Positions 27,127 to 40,799 of a stretch of 64,000 nucleotides of DNA are shown piece by piece. A model generated the notes under the pieces. The model saw nothing but the letters and a program-made list of their open reading frames with translations, made no database searches and was not told where the DNA came from. Each line of letters opens with the position of its first letter. Position 1 is the stretch's first letter. The position numbers and the translations under genes were made by a program. The stretch is taken from positions 62,609 through 126,608 of the forward strand of contig JAQGDQ010000619.1 in the NCBI GenBank assembly GCA_030141605.1, in the 5' to 3' direction. The stretch is from Tubiluchus corallicola. Taxonomy: Eukaryota > Animalia > Priapulida.

Positions 27127-28654
27127 CACAGACGTGACCATAACATTGCCCTTGGCGGTGATTAAAGTACTGCTGCATCTTACACAGACATGACCATAAC
27201 AGTGCCCTTGGCGGTGCTTAAAGTACTGCTGCATCTTACACAGACATGACCATAACATTGCCCTTGGCGGTGATTAAAGTACTGCTGCATCTTACACAGA
27301 CATGACAATAACATTGCCCTTGGCGGTGATTAAAGTACTGCTGCATCTTACACAGACATGACCATAACATTGCCCTTGGCGGTGCTTAAAGTACTGCTGC
27401 ATCTTACACAGACATGACCATAACATTGCCCTTGGCGGTGCTTAAAGTACTGCTGCATCTTACACAGACATGACCATAACATTGCCCTTGGCGGTGCTTA
27501 AAGTACTGCTGCATCTTACACAGACATGACAATAACATTGCCCTTGGCGGTGATTAAAGTACTGCTGCATCTTACACAGACATGACCATAACATTGCCCT
27601 TGGCGGTGCTTAAAGTACTGCTGCATCTTACACAGACATGACAATAACATTGCCCTTGGCGGTGATTAAAGTACTGCTGCATCTTACACAGACATGACCA
27701 TAACATTGCCCTTGGCGGTGCTTAAAGTACTGCTGCATCTTACACAGACATGACAATAACATTGCCCTTGGCGGTGATTAAAGTACTGCTGCATCTTACA
27801 CAGACATGACCATAACATTGCCCTTGGCGGTGCTTAAAGTACTGCTGCATCTTACACAGACATGACAATAACATTGCCCTTGGCGGTGATTAAAGTACTG
27901 CTGCATCTTACACAGACATGACCATAACATTGCCCTTGGCGGTGCTTAAAGTACTGCTGCATCTTACACAGACATGACAATAACATTGCCCTTGGCGGTG
28001 ATTAAAGTACTGCTGCATCTTACACAGACATGACCATAACATTGCCCTTGGCGGTGCTTAAAGTACTGCTGCATCTTACACAGACATGACAATAACATTG
28101 CCCTTGGCGGTGATTAAAGTACTGCTGCATCTTACACAGACATGACCATAACATTGCCCTTGGCGGTGCTTAAAGTACTGCTGCATCTTACACAGACATG
28201 ACAATAACATTGCCCTTGGCGGTGATTAAAGTACTGCTGCATCTTACACAGACATGACCATAACATTGCCCTTGGCGGTGCTTAAAGTACTGCTGCATCT
28301 TACACAGACATGACCATAACATTGCCCTTGGCGGTGCTTAAAGTACTGCTGCATCTTACACAGACATGACCATAACATTGCCCTTGGCGGTGCTTAAAGT
28401 ACTGCTGCATCTTACACAGACACGACCATAACATTGCCCTTGGCGATGCTTAAAGTACTGCTGCATCTCACACAGACACGACCATAACATTGCCCTTGGC
28501 GGTGCTTAAAGTACTGCTGCATCTCACACAGACATGACTATAACATTGCCCTTGGCGGTGCTTAAAGTACTGCTGCATCTTACACAGACATGACCATAAC
28601 ATTGCCCTTGGCGGTGCTTAAAGTACTGCTGCATCTTACACAGACATGACCATA
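27127..28654. repeat. Minisatellite, 56-bp unit, ~27 copies, central 112-bp dimer
   Basis: Unit CACAGACATGACCATAACATTGCCCTTGGCGGTGCTTAAAGTACTGCTGCATCTTA. Two linked A/C variants alternate over about 27520-28300. Confidence 0.95.
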
Positions 28655-29430
28655 GCACACCGTCAACCACATGAAAATATAAACCAAATTTATTTTACTC
28701 AAATACATGGCGTTTCGATCCACTGGATCTGAAATTTACTCATAAATATATAAAAAAGTTATATCAAAAATATATAAAAACACAGTAAACAACTATATAA
28801 TCGATATAAATAAAACTAATCAATACATATGTATGTGTGCACATATAGATACTTATTGCATTGATCTAGCCTACCTTCGGTTTACGTTTGTCACTACATT
28901 GGTCACTACATTTGCAAAGCCACGTATTTCAAATACAAGATTTAGTAAGGTTATTTATAACTTTGAAGAAAGTGATTTTCATAGCGCGTGTGAACATGTG
29001 AAAGTGTGAACAGAGTCTAATTTTAGTGTTGCTGACCTAATCAAGTGTCATTCATTTTCGCGTGTGCTATTTGTATATGCCACGTAATTTAGATGTTTTT
29101 TGTCTCTCAGTTGTGACATTGCCGTGGGGAGGGTCATTTTATCAGCCCATTTGCTACAGGCAGAGCTTCTGACAAATTGGATTTTAATGTGTCTGTGTAG
29201 CAAATATAGAGCTCTCATTGATCTTTTGATCGCATCTTTTCACTGCTTAAACTTGTCAACTCATCTGTCACGTGTAAAAGTTTCTGCTAACAGACGTATG
29301 CATTTGAAAATGGCAAGAGTTATTTCACTAACTTGACGCGGTGAAGGTTTTCAATCTTGGTACTTGACAAGTGGAGCATTCGTAAGGTAACAGATCAGGT
29401 AATGATTTATCATGTAAGTGGTTCATTGCA

Positions 29431-29770
<340 letters not shown>

Positions 29771-30045
29771 CTTTCCCTCACCCTCCTCCTCCCACGCCGC
29801 CCCCTCCCTCTGAAGCAATTCCTTCGTTAATTAATTAATTAACTAGAGCTGTTTTCTAATTAATTAATTAACTAAATGAAAGATCACGAAGAGCAGAGTG
29901 TATGGGTACTACTTATATGACACGCAGTGATCTGTTCCGTGTACAATGGTAGGTACAAACTTCGTATTGATGGCTATACAATTTTACTGTTTGCTTTTAC
30001 TCATGTATAAAATGCGTATATTTATTTTGTGCCTAATAAATACTA

Positions 30046-30089
<44 letters not shown>

Positions 30090-30759
30090 AAGAAGAACAA
30101 TATCAATAACAATAATAATAGCAATACTAAAAGTATCTGGGAAACCCACAAAGTTAGCCCTATATTTATCTTTGCTTATAAATTTTTTTATAATAAATAT
30201 TGAAGAAACTGCGCTTCTCTGTTCGTCCGTTCTTCTGCTGCTTTCACTTTGATCATCATGCTCATGATGCTGCAGAGTTACCTGTGTACACCTGCCTGGC
30301 TGATAGATTTAGTTTAATCCTATATAAATGGATTATTTCAAGAACAAAAACTGACCTTAAGAACGATGGAACCCTATAGTGGAAACTTCCGCGAGACAAC
30401 ACAGTGACGTCTGCTAAGCTTGTAAATATAAATAACAGGTAAGCTTATTATACACCTGTACAGGTAAGCTTATTATACACCTGTAAACAAGCAATTACCA
30501 ACAACAAGAGCAACCGCACGCTTTAAATATCATCTAGATCAACTAGGCAACCCTGAAGTAGTAACTTCCCCGGGGGGGGGGGGGTGCTTGTGGTTCGTGT
30601 GTACTTTTAGTCTATATCTATTATTATGTTAAATTGAATTCATATAATGGGACCGTGCGCATGCGCTTTCAGTGACTTCAGATTGTCTTGATTGAATAAA
30701 TGAATTACTGCAGATACTATAGTGAATTGGATTTATTTATAATAATATATACATATACT

Positions 30760-31180
30760 AATCTATGGGCTGGAAGCAGCACCTCTAAAGAAGACCGAAG
30801 AGAAGAAAATGGATGTGGCGGAGATGAGGATGTTGAGAGGGATGGTGGGAGTAACAAGAAGGGATAAAATCAGGAATAGTAATATTAGAGGAACAGTGAA
30901 AGTAGTGGAAGCCTCGAAAAAGATACAAGAGGCAAGATTGCGATGGTATGGGCACCTGAAAAGAAGAGTCGGGGAAAATCACGTGGGAAGGGAGGTCATG
31001 GAAATGGAAGTGCTGGGAAATAGAAGAAGAGGACGACCCAAGCGGAGATGGATTGAATGTATTAATGGAGGCCTTAGAGAGAAGAACATAAATGAAGAGA
31101 TGGCCAACAACAGGAATGCATGGAGAAGACTCATTCACAACGGCGACCCCGCATAGGGAAAAGCTGGGAAGAAGAAGAAT
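30760..31180 (+). mobile_element. 5'-truncated RTE-clade LINE
   Basis: MDVAEMRMLR...RRDKIRN...RLRWYGHLKRR...RRRGRPKRRW...WRRLIHNGDPA* followed by a (GAA)n tail. Confidence 0.88.
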
Positions 31181-32061
31181 ATATACATATACATTTAGTC
31201 ACAAACATTGTCATATTACAAGTGACACAAGTCACTGTGAAACGGAGGAAGGAGTTTTATGCACTCAGGTCTTCCTTTAAATAGTACAGCAATTGGCAAT
31301 TAACATTATTTAATAATTATCACGTATTATAAACGTGTACTGTTAAACAAAATAAGTTTTGTTAGTAACTTAATGGAAGACTGGGTGATTTTTCATATAC
31401 TGCCCCATTTTCAAGTACGATAAAAAGTATACATTTTAATACAATTAATACTGCAAAAGCGTTTCTGATAATTAAACAATAGATTAAAAACTTAATTAAC
31501 GAGCCCAGCTGTTGATGACATCACAAACTAACATGTTTTTCAACAGTAAAAACATTCCACCAGCGTGTTGCACGTGTTTGCGAAAAAGTGAAAATTGAAG
31601 TGCAGTGCTACTGTAAGATATACAGTGTGTTGTACTAAAACTAGTCAAGTTTTAAGATAAAAATTGAAATTTCAAATTTACCGCTGTGCTCACGCATGAG
31701 CTGTCGAACGTGTGTAGTTCGTCACAAACTAACACGTCTGAACTGAGAGGTACAGCACCTGTTTTTTGTACAACACGTTTCGGAAATGCAGGCACTAGTG
31801 CCCGTCTAACTAGCGAATGACGAAATGCATGTAGCAGTGAATAACTAGTGGCACGAACTTGAAATTGTGTTTGTGTGGTAATAATTCTTTCACGTAAATC
31901 ATTTTTGAAAAAAATAGTATGTTTTCTTTCATTATTTTAAGGAGTAGATTGTTTTGACCTACAGTTTAAGCTTGGGTCCGGTTTTGCTTTAATATCAGGC
32001 TGGGTTCAGGTTGTTGTGAGTTAATTATGCCGTTGCACTAAGTATTGCTTTGATGCTTTTT

Positions 32062-32695
32062 TTTAAATTGAGCTGTTTAGCTCCGGATGCTGCTGCTGCT
32101 GATGATGATGCTGATGATAATAACCATGATGACAACGTTGACGACAACGTTGACGACAACGGCGATGACGATAATGATAACGATGATATCAGTAGAGAAC
32201 ATGTTGTAGTTGTACAAGTTTTGGCTGTAGAGTAATAAATATGTGGTCGTTTTGTGTCTTTTTATTCGTGAGTGTTGAATTCTTAGAAATATTGATTTAC
32301 TTGACAAATGCAGCAGTTTGTGACGCTCGTAAATTTTATATAGACTGGAGTGTCTATTAAACCCACACCTGTCATTGTGTCCACAGTTTATTGCGCCATG
32401 CAAAAGCCGATGAAGAAGTTTTTTGGTCGTAAACTTTTTTTTATTGTGAAATTTCTTTTGTGCAAAAATTCAGGAAAACCTATTCGCCGTACGTCGTCAA
32501 AATTGGGAGAGGCGGACATCATTGGTGAAAAAAGATTTTTAAATTGAGCTATTTAGCTACGGATGCTGCTGAAGATGATGATGATGATGCTGTTGATGAT
32601 GATGATGATGATGATAACCATGATGACAACGTTGACGACAACGGCGATGATGATAATGATGACGATGATATCTCTAGAGAACATGTTGTAGTTGT
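32062..32695. repeat. Dispersed direct duplication of a ~150-bp (GAT/GAC)-rich segment (32062-32215 and 32540-32695)
   Basis: Both copies run TAAATTGAGCT...(GAT)n...TAGAGAACATGTTGTAGTTGTA. Confidence 0.75.
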
Positions 32696-32811
32696 ATTAA
32701 AATCTTTTTGTTGTATTAGAAATAGTTAAAAGAGCAAATTTAGTACAGCATGGCTGGCATTTTTTAGTGTAATATACGTATTTTGAACTTTTCTGTAAAT
32801 TCAGTTTATTA

Positions 32812-33070
32812 GACCAGACGGTTTAGTCTAGTGGTAACGCGTCCGCTTTCCGTCTGGGAGGTCGTGAGTTCAAATCAGCGGCCGGGTCGTACTAAAGACT
32901 TTAAAAATGGTACCTGCTGTTGCCCTGCCTGACGCGTTGTATTTAGGGTAAAAGTGGGGTAATAATAGTCTCTGTTATGTAGTTGTAGGTTGTTATTTAC
33001 AGTCGGTGATAATAGCTCTTTGAGCTAATGTTAATTGTTGACCCAAAAGCCGACTTTAAATAAAGATTAT
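32812..33070 (+). mobile_element. tRNA-derived SINE with Meta-domain-like central region
   Basis: A box TAGTCTAGTGG and B box GAGTTCAAATC, then GGGTCGTACTAAAGACTTTAAAAATGGTACCTGCTGTTGCCCTGCCTGACGC (recalled Meta-SINE-type core). Ends AATAAAG+(ATT)n. Confidence 0.7.
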
Positions 33071-33092
33071 TATTATTATTATTTATTATTAT

Positions 33093-33128
<36 letters not shown>

Positions 33129-33161
33129 TTGTTATTGTTATTGTTATTGTTATTGTTATTG

Positions 33162-33246
<85 letters not shown>
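33066..33246 (+). repeat. (ATT)n microsatellite, SINE tail
   Basis: Seen directly. Confidence 0.9.
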
Positions 33247-33811
33247 GTAGCATTTAATAATTCCACTTGTCTAATAATTAAATGTTGCTTATTATATCAA
33301 CAATTTTAGCATCTGTTGAACCAAAGTACATCTAGATTATGTGATTAAATTATCTTATAGCAATCACACAGCTTATTCGAGTTTCAGAATTTGCAATTAT
33401 TCAAGATATTTCAAGGTTCCTACGCGTTTCAGAACGATTGAAACATCGTGTCAACGACTCAATCCAGCAAAGCTGTAACTTGTTATTCTGTATTATAAAT
33501 TTCTAATCAGACTATATTAGGTGTCGTTTCATATCAGATCAAATTGAATTAGAACAGCAATTGTTACTAGTAAGAATTCAAATCTCTTGTGTAATCACAA
33601 TAGGTAATTCGCTTAAGTTAAGTTAGCAGTTTCAATTAAGTCACGCGATTGAATAGACTGCTACAATTATTCGAGGACGTAAATGATTACTTGAGTTGAT
33701 TGATCAGGCGGTAGAGGCTTTGATGGAACCTCTGTATGTCGTAGTTTGTATGTTGCTGTACGGTATACGTTCGTCCTGATTTACCCTGATTTTAAGTCAA
33801 ATTTATCATGG

Positions 33812-35522
33812 ATTAACATGGTGCCTGCTTATTCTGGTTTGCCATGACCTCAACTCAAGTTTATGCAGAATTAACACGACTTTGGTGCCTGCTTATTCTG
33901 GTTTGCATTGACCTCAACTCAAGTTTATCCAGAGTTAACATGACTTTGGTGCCTGCTTATTCTGGTTTGCATTGACCTCAACTCAAGTTTATCCAGAATT
34001 AACGTGACTTTGGTGCCTGCTTATTCTCGTTTGTCATGACCTCAACTCAAGTTTATCCAGAATTAACATGACTTTGGTGCCTGCTTATTCTGGTTTGTCA
34101 TGACCTCAACTCAAGTTTATCCAGAATTAACGTGACTTTGGTGCCTGCTTATTCTGGTTTGTCATGACCTCAACTCAAGTTTATCCAGAATTAACATGAC
34201 TTTGGTGCCTGCTTATTCTGGTTTGTCATGACCTCAACTCAAGTTTATCCAGAATTAACGTGACTTTGGTGCCTGCTTATTCTGGTTTGTCATGACCTCA
34301 ACTCAAGTTTATCCAGAATTAACATGACTTTGGTGCCTGCTTATTCTGGTTTGACATGACCTCAACTCAAGTTTATCCAGAATTAACATGACTTTGGTGC
34401 CTGCTTATTCTGGTTTGTCATGACTTCAACTCAAGTTTATCCAGAATTAACGTGACTTTGGTGCCTGCTTATTCTGGTTTGTCATGACCTCAACTCAAGT
34501 TTATCCAGAATTAACATGACTTTGGTGCCTGCTTATTCTGGTTTGTCATGACCTCAACTCAAGTTTATCCAGAATTAACATGACTTTGGTGCCTGCTTAT
34601 TCTGGTTTGTCATCACCTCAACTCAAGTTCATCCAGAATTAACGTGACGTTGGTGCCTGCTTATTCTGGTTTGTCATCACCTCAACTCAAGTTTATGCAG
34701 AATTAACACGACTTTGGTGCCTGCTTATTCTGGTTTGTCATGACCTCAACTCAAGTTCATCCAGAATTAACATGACTTTGGTGCCTGCTTATTCTGGTTT
34801 GTCATCACCTCAACTCAAGTTCATCCAGAATTAACGTGACGTTGGTGCCTGCTTATTCTGGTTTGTCATGACCTCAACTCAAGTTTATGCAGAATTAACA
34901 CGACTTTGGTGCCTGCTTATTCTGGTTTGTCATGACCTCAACTCAAGTTCATCCAGAATTAACATGACTTTGGTGCCTGCTTATTCTGGTTTGTCATCAC
35001 CTCAACTCAAGTTCATCCAGAATTAACGTGACGTTGGTGCCTGCTTATTCTGGTTTGTCATGACCTCAACTCAAGTTTATCCAGAATTAACATGACTTTG
35101 GTGCCTGCTTATTCTGGTTTGTCATGACCTCAACTCAAGTTCATCCAGAATTAACGTGACGTTGGTGCCTGCTTATTCTGGTTTGTCATCACCTCAACTC
35201 AAGTTTATCCAGAATTAACATGACTTTGGTGCCTGCTTATTCTGGTTTGTCATGACCTCAACTCAAGTTTATGCAGAATTAACACGACTTTGGTGCCTGC
35301 TTATTCTGGTTTGTCATTACCTCAACTCAAGTTTATCCAGAATTAACATGACTTTGGTGCCTGCTTATTCTGGTTTGTCATGACCTCAACTCAAGTTCAT
35401 CCAGAATTAACGTGACTTTGGTGCCTGCTTATGCTGGTTTGCCATCACCTCAACTCAAGTTCATCCAGAATTAACGTGACTTTGGTGCCTGCTTATGCTG
35501 GTTTGCCATGACGTCAATTCAA
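33812..35522. repeat. Minisatellite, 64-bp unit, ~26 copies, local 192-bp trimer
   Basis: Unit TTTGGTGCCTGCTTATTCTGGTTTGTCATGACCTCAACTCAAGTTTATCCAGAATTAACATGAC (starts at 33881, 33945 and onward). Confidence 0.95.
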
Positions 35523-36419
35523 CGTTTTCCTGGTTTCAAACAGCTTTGGTACGTAGTTTTAAGGGGGGCATTTGCCCCCTGCCCTCCTGCCAGGAGAACC
35601 CCGGCTAAGAACTTCTTTTATAAATGTAATAATTAATAAATTTGCCTGAATAAGCAGCTAATAGTTTTTTAAATTTTTCACAAAATTGAATTCTTTTCCT
35701 TTTAATTTTTGCTTCATGAAAGACCAGAGTGTTACAATGGGATTAAAATGGGGTGATTGGGAGGACCTTAGCAATAACCACCCAAAAAAACCTCTAAAAT
35801 CTGAATACTTGTACTTTCCAAACTACCTATGCGACGTGAAGTGAACACGTGACATACCCCCCGTGGACTAACTCTTTACCTTAGCGTGTTTTGAATGTTC
35901 CCCACAGAGAATGAAGGTACAATGATCCTGCTTTGCAAGCGCCTCGTTTATTATTCACTTTTTATTAATATGATATCAAACTTATGTGGACAAGCTATGT
36001 TTCTTCTTCTTCATTCTTGTGTGGGGGTCGGTCACACATTGTGAAATTCACCTGTGACGAACATGACGTATTACGAAAAATGCCTCATTGTTATTAGCAT
36101 AATAAATTCGCTTGTTTAATGGCAACGTCAACGTAAATTACGGCTAATTGATTCGTGAAACCTGTTTTCTGGCTTGGGAAAATAAGTGACTACTAAATCA
36201 GATCTGTTGTAATTCTCGATCTTCTTTTATCTGCATTTTTCTCACGCATCACAGCTGTGAACTCGCTCAGGCATTTTGTTAACAAATGTAACGAAGAAAG
36301 CTTGTTAACACCTAGGAAGCATTTTGAGATAGTGACAAGTTCGTTTTAATGATTTTTATTGGATTTTGATTGATGTTATTCAGTTGTTGCTCCTGGTAAA
36401 CGACCTTGTGCATAATTTA

Positions 36420-36790
36420 TGCATAAAACAAATCAAGTCTTTCGACGAATTCAAATCGAAATTAAAAATACATACATTAAATCGTTTTGAAAACCCAACA
36501 CACGTAAACGATAATATATATTCATCCACAAATTTTATTTACCCACGTCCATTTTAAATTATATGTATATATTGTATATAGTCTATTATAATTTCCGTGT
36601 AACATTATAATGTATATTTTGTTTTAAATTTTTGGCACAGTAGTTTTTAGTTTGCACTGGACGCATTTGCCTTTAACAGTTGTGTGAATTTTTATTCTCA
36701 TGCTGCGATGTTCTTTTATGCTTTTATAGTTATGAATATCGATTTTTTATGGCAAATAAAGATTATTATATATATAAAGATTATTATATA
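36420..36790 (+). mobile_element. LINE 3' end, family related to the foldback arms
   Basis: IKQIKSFDEFKSKLK...NFIYPRPF*. The 3' UTR motif GCACAGTAGTTT...GCACTGGACGCATTTGCCTTTA and GGCAAATAAAGATTATT are shared with 25840-26182. Confidence 0.7.
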
Positions 36791-37164
36791 TATATATATA
36801 TATATAGTTGTGCAAAATGTAGTTTCAGACATGTACTTTATCATTTTTACTCTGTTATTGATTCGTTTTCTTGTTTCCTGGCCCTCTATGGGCTCTGCTT
36901 TGTTTTTTTTTCATTTTGGCGGGAAAAACTTCCCAATTTCCTGATCCATCCTGAAATGTCCTTAAGAGGAAAATTTATGAATGAAAATTGAGTCGACCAT
37001 TTATAAATTTTAAGGCTTCTGTTCGTTGTTAACAGATGGCAGTGCATAAGCGCATGGCAGAGCATGGCAACGCAACAACTGACGCCGTCTGAATTTTTTA
37101 ACCTTGTTTTTAAGTTAGTGTAAATTTAAAGACGTCCCTCTAATTTTAACGAATTTTAATTGGA

Positions 37165-37705
37165 ACTGCTAAAAAATCGCTATTTCGTTTGTATTATAAG
37201 TGCATCTAAGCACTACCAGAGCCACTTTGCTAAATTTTAAGACTATTTTATTCATTTAAATGTGATTACATATCAACTGCAATAAAATCGCTATTTCGTT
37301 TGTATTATAAGTGCATCTAAGCACTACCAGAGCCACTTTGCTAAATTTTAAGACTATTTTATTCATTTAAATGTGATTACATATCAACTGCAATAAAATT
37401 GCCATTTCGTTTGTATTATAAGTGCATCTAAGCACTACCAGAGCCACTTTGCTAAATTTTAAGACTATTTTATTCATTTAAATGTGATTACATATCAACT
37501 GCAATAAAATTGCTATTTCGTTTGTATTATAAGTGCATCTAAGCACTACTAGAGCCACTTTGCTAAATTTTAAGACTATTTTAGTCATTTAAATGTGAGT
37601 ACATATCAACTGCTATAAAATTGCTTTTTAGTTTGTATTATAAGTGCATCTAAGCACTACCAGAGCCACTTTGCTAAATTTTATGACTATTTTAGTCATT
37701 TAAAT
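37165..37705. repeat. Minisatellite, 111-bp unit, ~5 copies
   Basis: TCGCTATTTCGTTTGTATTATAAGTGCATC... at 37177, 37288 and onward. Confidence 0.93.
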
Positions 37706-38266
37706 TAAAATGTGTCTATCAGCTTGACCGGACAAACGTGATTTCATCTTCTACGTATATTAAACGTTCAGAGATTCTTGTCTGTTGGTGGTCAGCAATG
37801 CTGGACACAGGTTCCACTCCCTAATCTCGTCCATTGGTCACTTCATGGAACGGCACAGCGATTCTCAAATAGTGAAATCTAGTTTGGACTGGACTTTGCT
37901 TGCTGCTTTTGTAATTGCTTTGTACCCGCCTTGTTAGTTTCGCCAAATCCGTGTTTTGTCTAAAACTAGCCGTTTAAACACCAAACCACTTTCTTGCCAA
38001 GGTTAAGCGCTTTCTTTTACTTATTCGAGCAAGCTGTTAGCATACTTTCACTTTCAGTGCTGCTCTTTGTTCTTTTATCTTACTGTTTCTTTTAAACACT
38101 TTCTTTCGCTTCCCTGCAAAATCGATTTGGGAAAGGACGCTCGAACGAGTCTTGAAAAATAATGTAAGAAATGCTCGTTTCAAGGTTGAAAAGCTTTGTC
38201 AATTACTAATTGTTGTTTTTGCAAAGTTGTTCACGCCTCTTTAAAACGAAAGAAATGGTCTAAATG

Positions 38267-38799
<533 letters not shown>

Positions 38800-39554
38800 T
38801 ATTATTATTATAACTCTTTTATTTAACCTCTTTTTGCAGGTATACAATGAATCATTTCAATCTAATACATCCAAGGAAATACAATTATACATTATGACAC
38901 AGGTAACAAAAGTACAACTAGATCCAAAAACAAGTCACACAAAAAGACATTATGAATAATTCTAGACAATGGTAAGAACAAATTGACACACAATACTCAG
39001 ATGTTGTTTGTACATATAATACAAGAAAAATAATTACACAAAATACAACATTCACGTACAAACTATATAAATAATCACAACTAGAATTAGTAGCAACTAT
39101 GGTTCAGAAAGTTTACCCATATTTATGTTAAGCTTACCCTGCATTGTTATAATTATAACAAAATATATAAATTTATTTATCTTACTGCTTTTTCACAGTG
39201 TGTCAGCATAGATAACTCGAAGTGCATTAAACCTAAATTCTATGCATTTAGTATAGTGCAAAGAGTGTGGAATGTTACTGGGTGACGTACGGTGATGAGA
39301 CATGTGCAGTTTAAACGATCATTTATCACCACTGAATTAGGTCTTTATTTAAATATACTGAATAGACGTGTAACAGAGGTCGCTCAAAGACTCTTGTTCA
39401 TGTTGTCATTCAAGCAAGACTAGTTCTTCTTTGTTTGTTTGTTTGTCAGCTAACATCAACAATTGTTTGTTAATAAATGGCTCATTCTAAGGTTGAGGAC
39501 ATTTGTCATGAGAAGAACACAAATATTGAAATTCTCCATGAAAATTGGTTTTAC

Positions 39555-40210
39555 CATGATAAATTAAATGCAATACTTCTGCCCGAAAACCTTAATATAG
39601 CTGTTTTAGGAAATAATGATCTGTCGAAGTTGTTATTATTCGGAAAAGATGAATTTAACTATGTTGCTAACTGTAAAATATTCCAATGTATACATGACTT
39701 TATATTACGTACTAAACGCTTCCAGTAGTTTCTATCTGGTATAAAATGCATCAGTCTTAAATAATCGTACATTAATATTTACTAACCGTCATTTTTTACT
39801 AATGTCTAATGTATCACTGTAGTAAAACTTTAGTATACTAAAGTCTACTAAAAGCTAAGTATAGTCTATTCTTACTGTAAATGTTACTAATGTCTAATGT
39901 ATCGCTGTAGTAAAACTTGTCAGCTTGTGTGGTTATAGTCAATTCTTACTGTAAATGTTATTAATGTCTAATGTATTCTTGTAGTAAAACTTGTCAGCTT
40001 GTGTAGTTATAGTCTATTCTTACTGTAAATGTTACTAATATCTAATGTAATCTTGTAGTAAAACTTGTCAGCTTGTGTAGTCATAGTCTATTCTTACTGT
40101 AAATGTTCTTGTAAATAGTGTATAAAGTCTGTTGTGGTGAGGATCCTAAATCATGTTGTTCAAACTGTCTGATCCAATCCTAAATAAATTATGTTTAAAC
40201 TAAACTAAAT
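39555..40210 (+). mobile_element. CR1-like LINE 3' end with a 74-bp x4 tandem expansion in its 3' UTR
   Basis: DKLNAILLPEN...LLLFG...NCKIFQCIHDFILRTKRFQ* and a (TAAAC)n tail. Near-identical to the inverted copy at 61078-61590. Confidence 0.8.
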
Positions 40211-40327
40211 TGGTTTTACAGTCGCCTGACTATAAAGTATTGTTGCAAAACTTCGACATTAGGTTTTTGAGAAATTTCGGTTTTTACTAATCGCCAGATT
40301 ATTAATACAAATTACTTATTTTTATAG

Positions 40328-40539
40328 TTGAGTTTTGCTATGAGCCTACTGGGTGGTGCACAGATTGTACTGCTCGACGAGCCATCTACCGGCATGGATC
40401 CAAAAGCTAAGAGGTTCCTATGGGATACTATCAGCTCCAGCGTCGTGGGGCAACGCGGTGCACTTCTGACCACTCATTCCATGGAAGAGGCGGATGTGCT
40501 GTGTGGGCGAGTGGGGATCATAACTTCCGGAGCTCTGAG
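40328..40539 (+). CDS. ABCA5: ABC transporter subfamily A (ABCA5-like), NBD2 exon
   Basis: Acceptor tttttatag|. Encodes LSFAMSLLG...IVLLDEPSTGMDP (Walker B/D-loop)...LTTHSMEEAD (H-loop)...SGALR. Donor AG|gtttgt, phase 2. Upstream exons not found in the window. Confidence 0.92.
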
Positions 40540-40799
40540 GTTTGTGAAATTTGTGATTGTTAGCAAAAGTAAGTTTTAAAAAATGTCGCCCTGGTTTAAG
40601 GCTCAAATTTGGTCCTCCTTGTCTCGTTGAACAGCTCTGTGTGTTATACACTCATTCGTTCATTCATTTATTCTTTCATTCGTTCATTCATTCGTTCATT
40701 CATTCATTCATTCATTCATTCATTCATTTGTTGTTTTCTCTTACTCTCATTCACATGTTCTCCTTAGATTTTTTTCTTCAATATCATTCCAAAAACCTT

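Noticed and set aside
29340-29392. ...CGTAAG|gtaaca as a candidate upstream ABCA exon ending in RK
   Set aside because: The preceding peptide (ILVLDKWSIRK) has no resemblance to the ABC signature LSGGxKRK.
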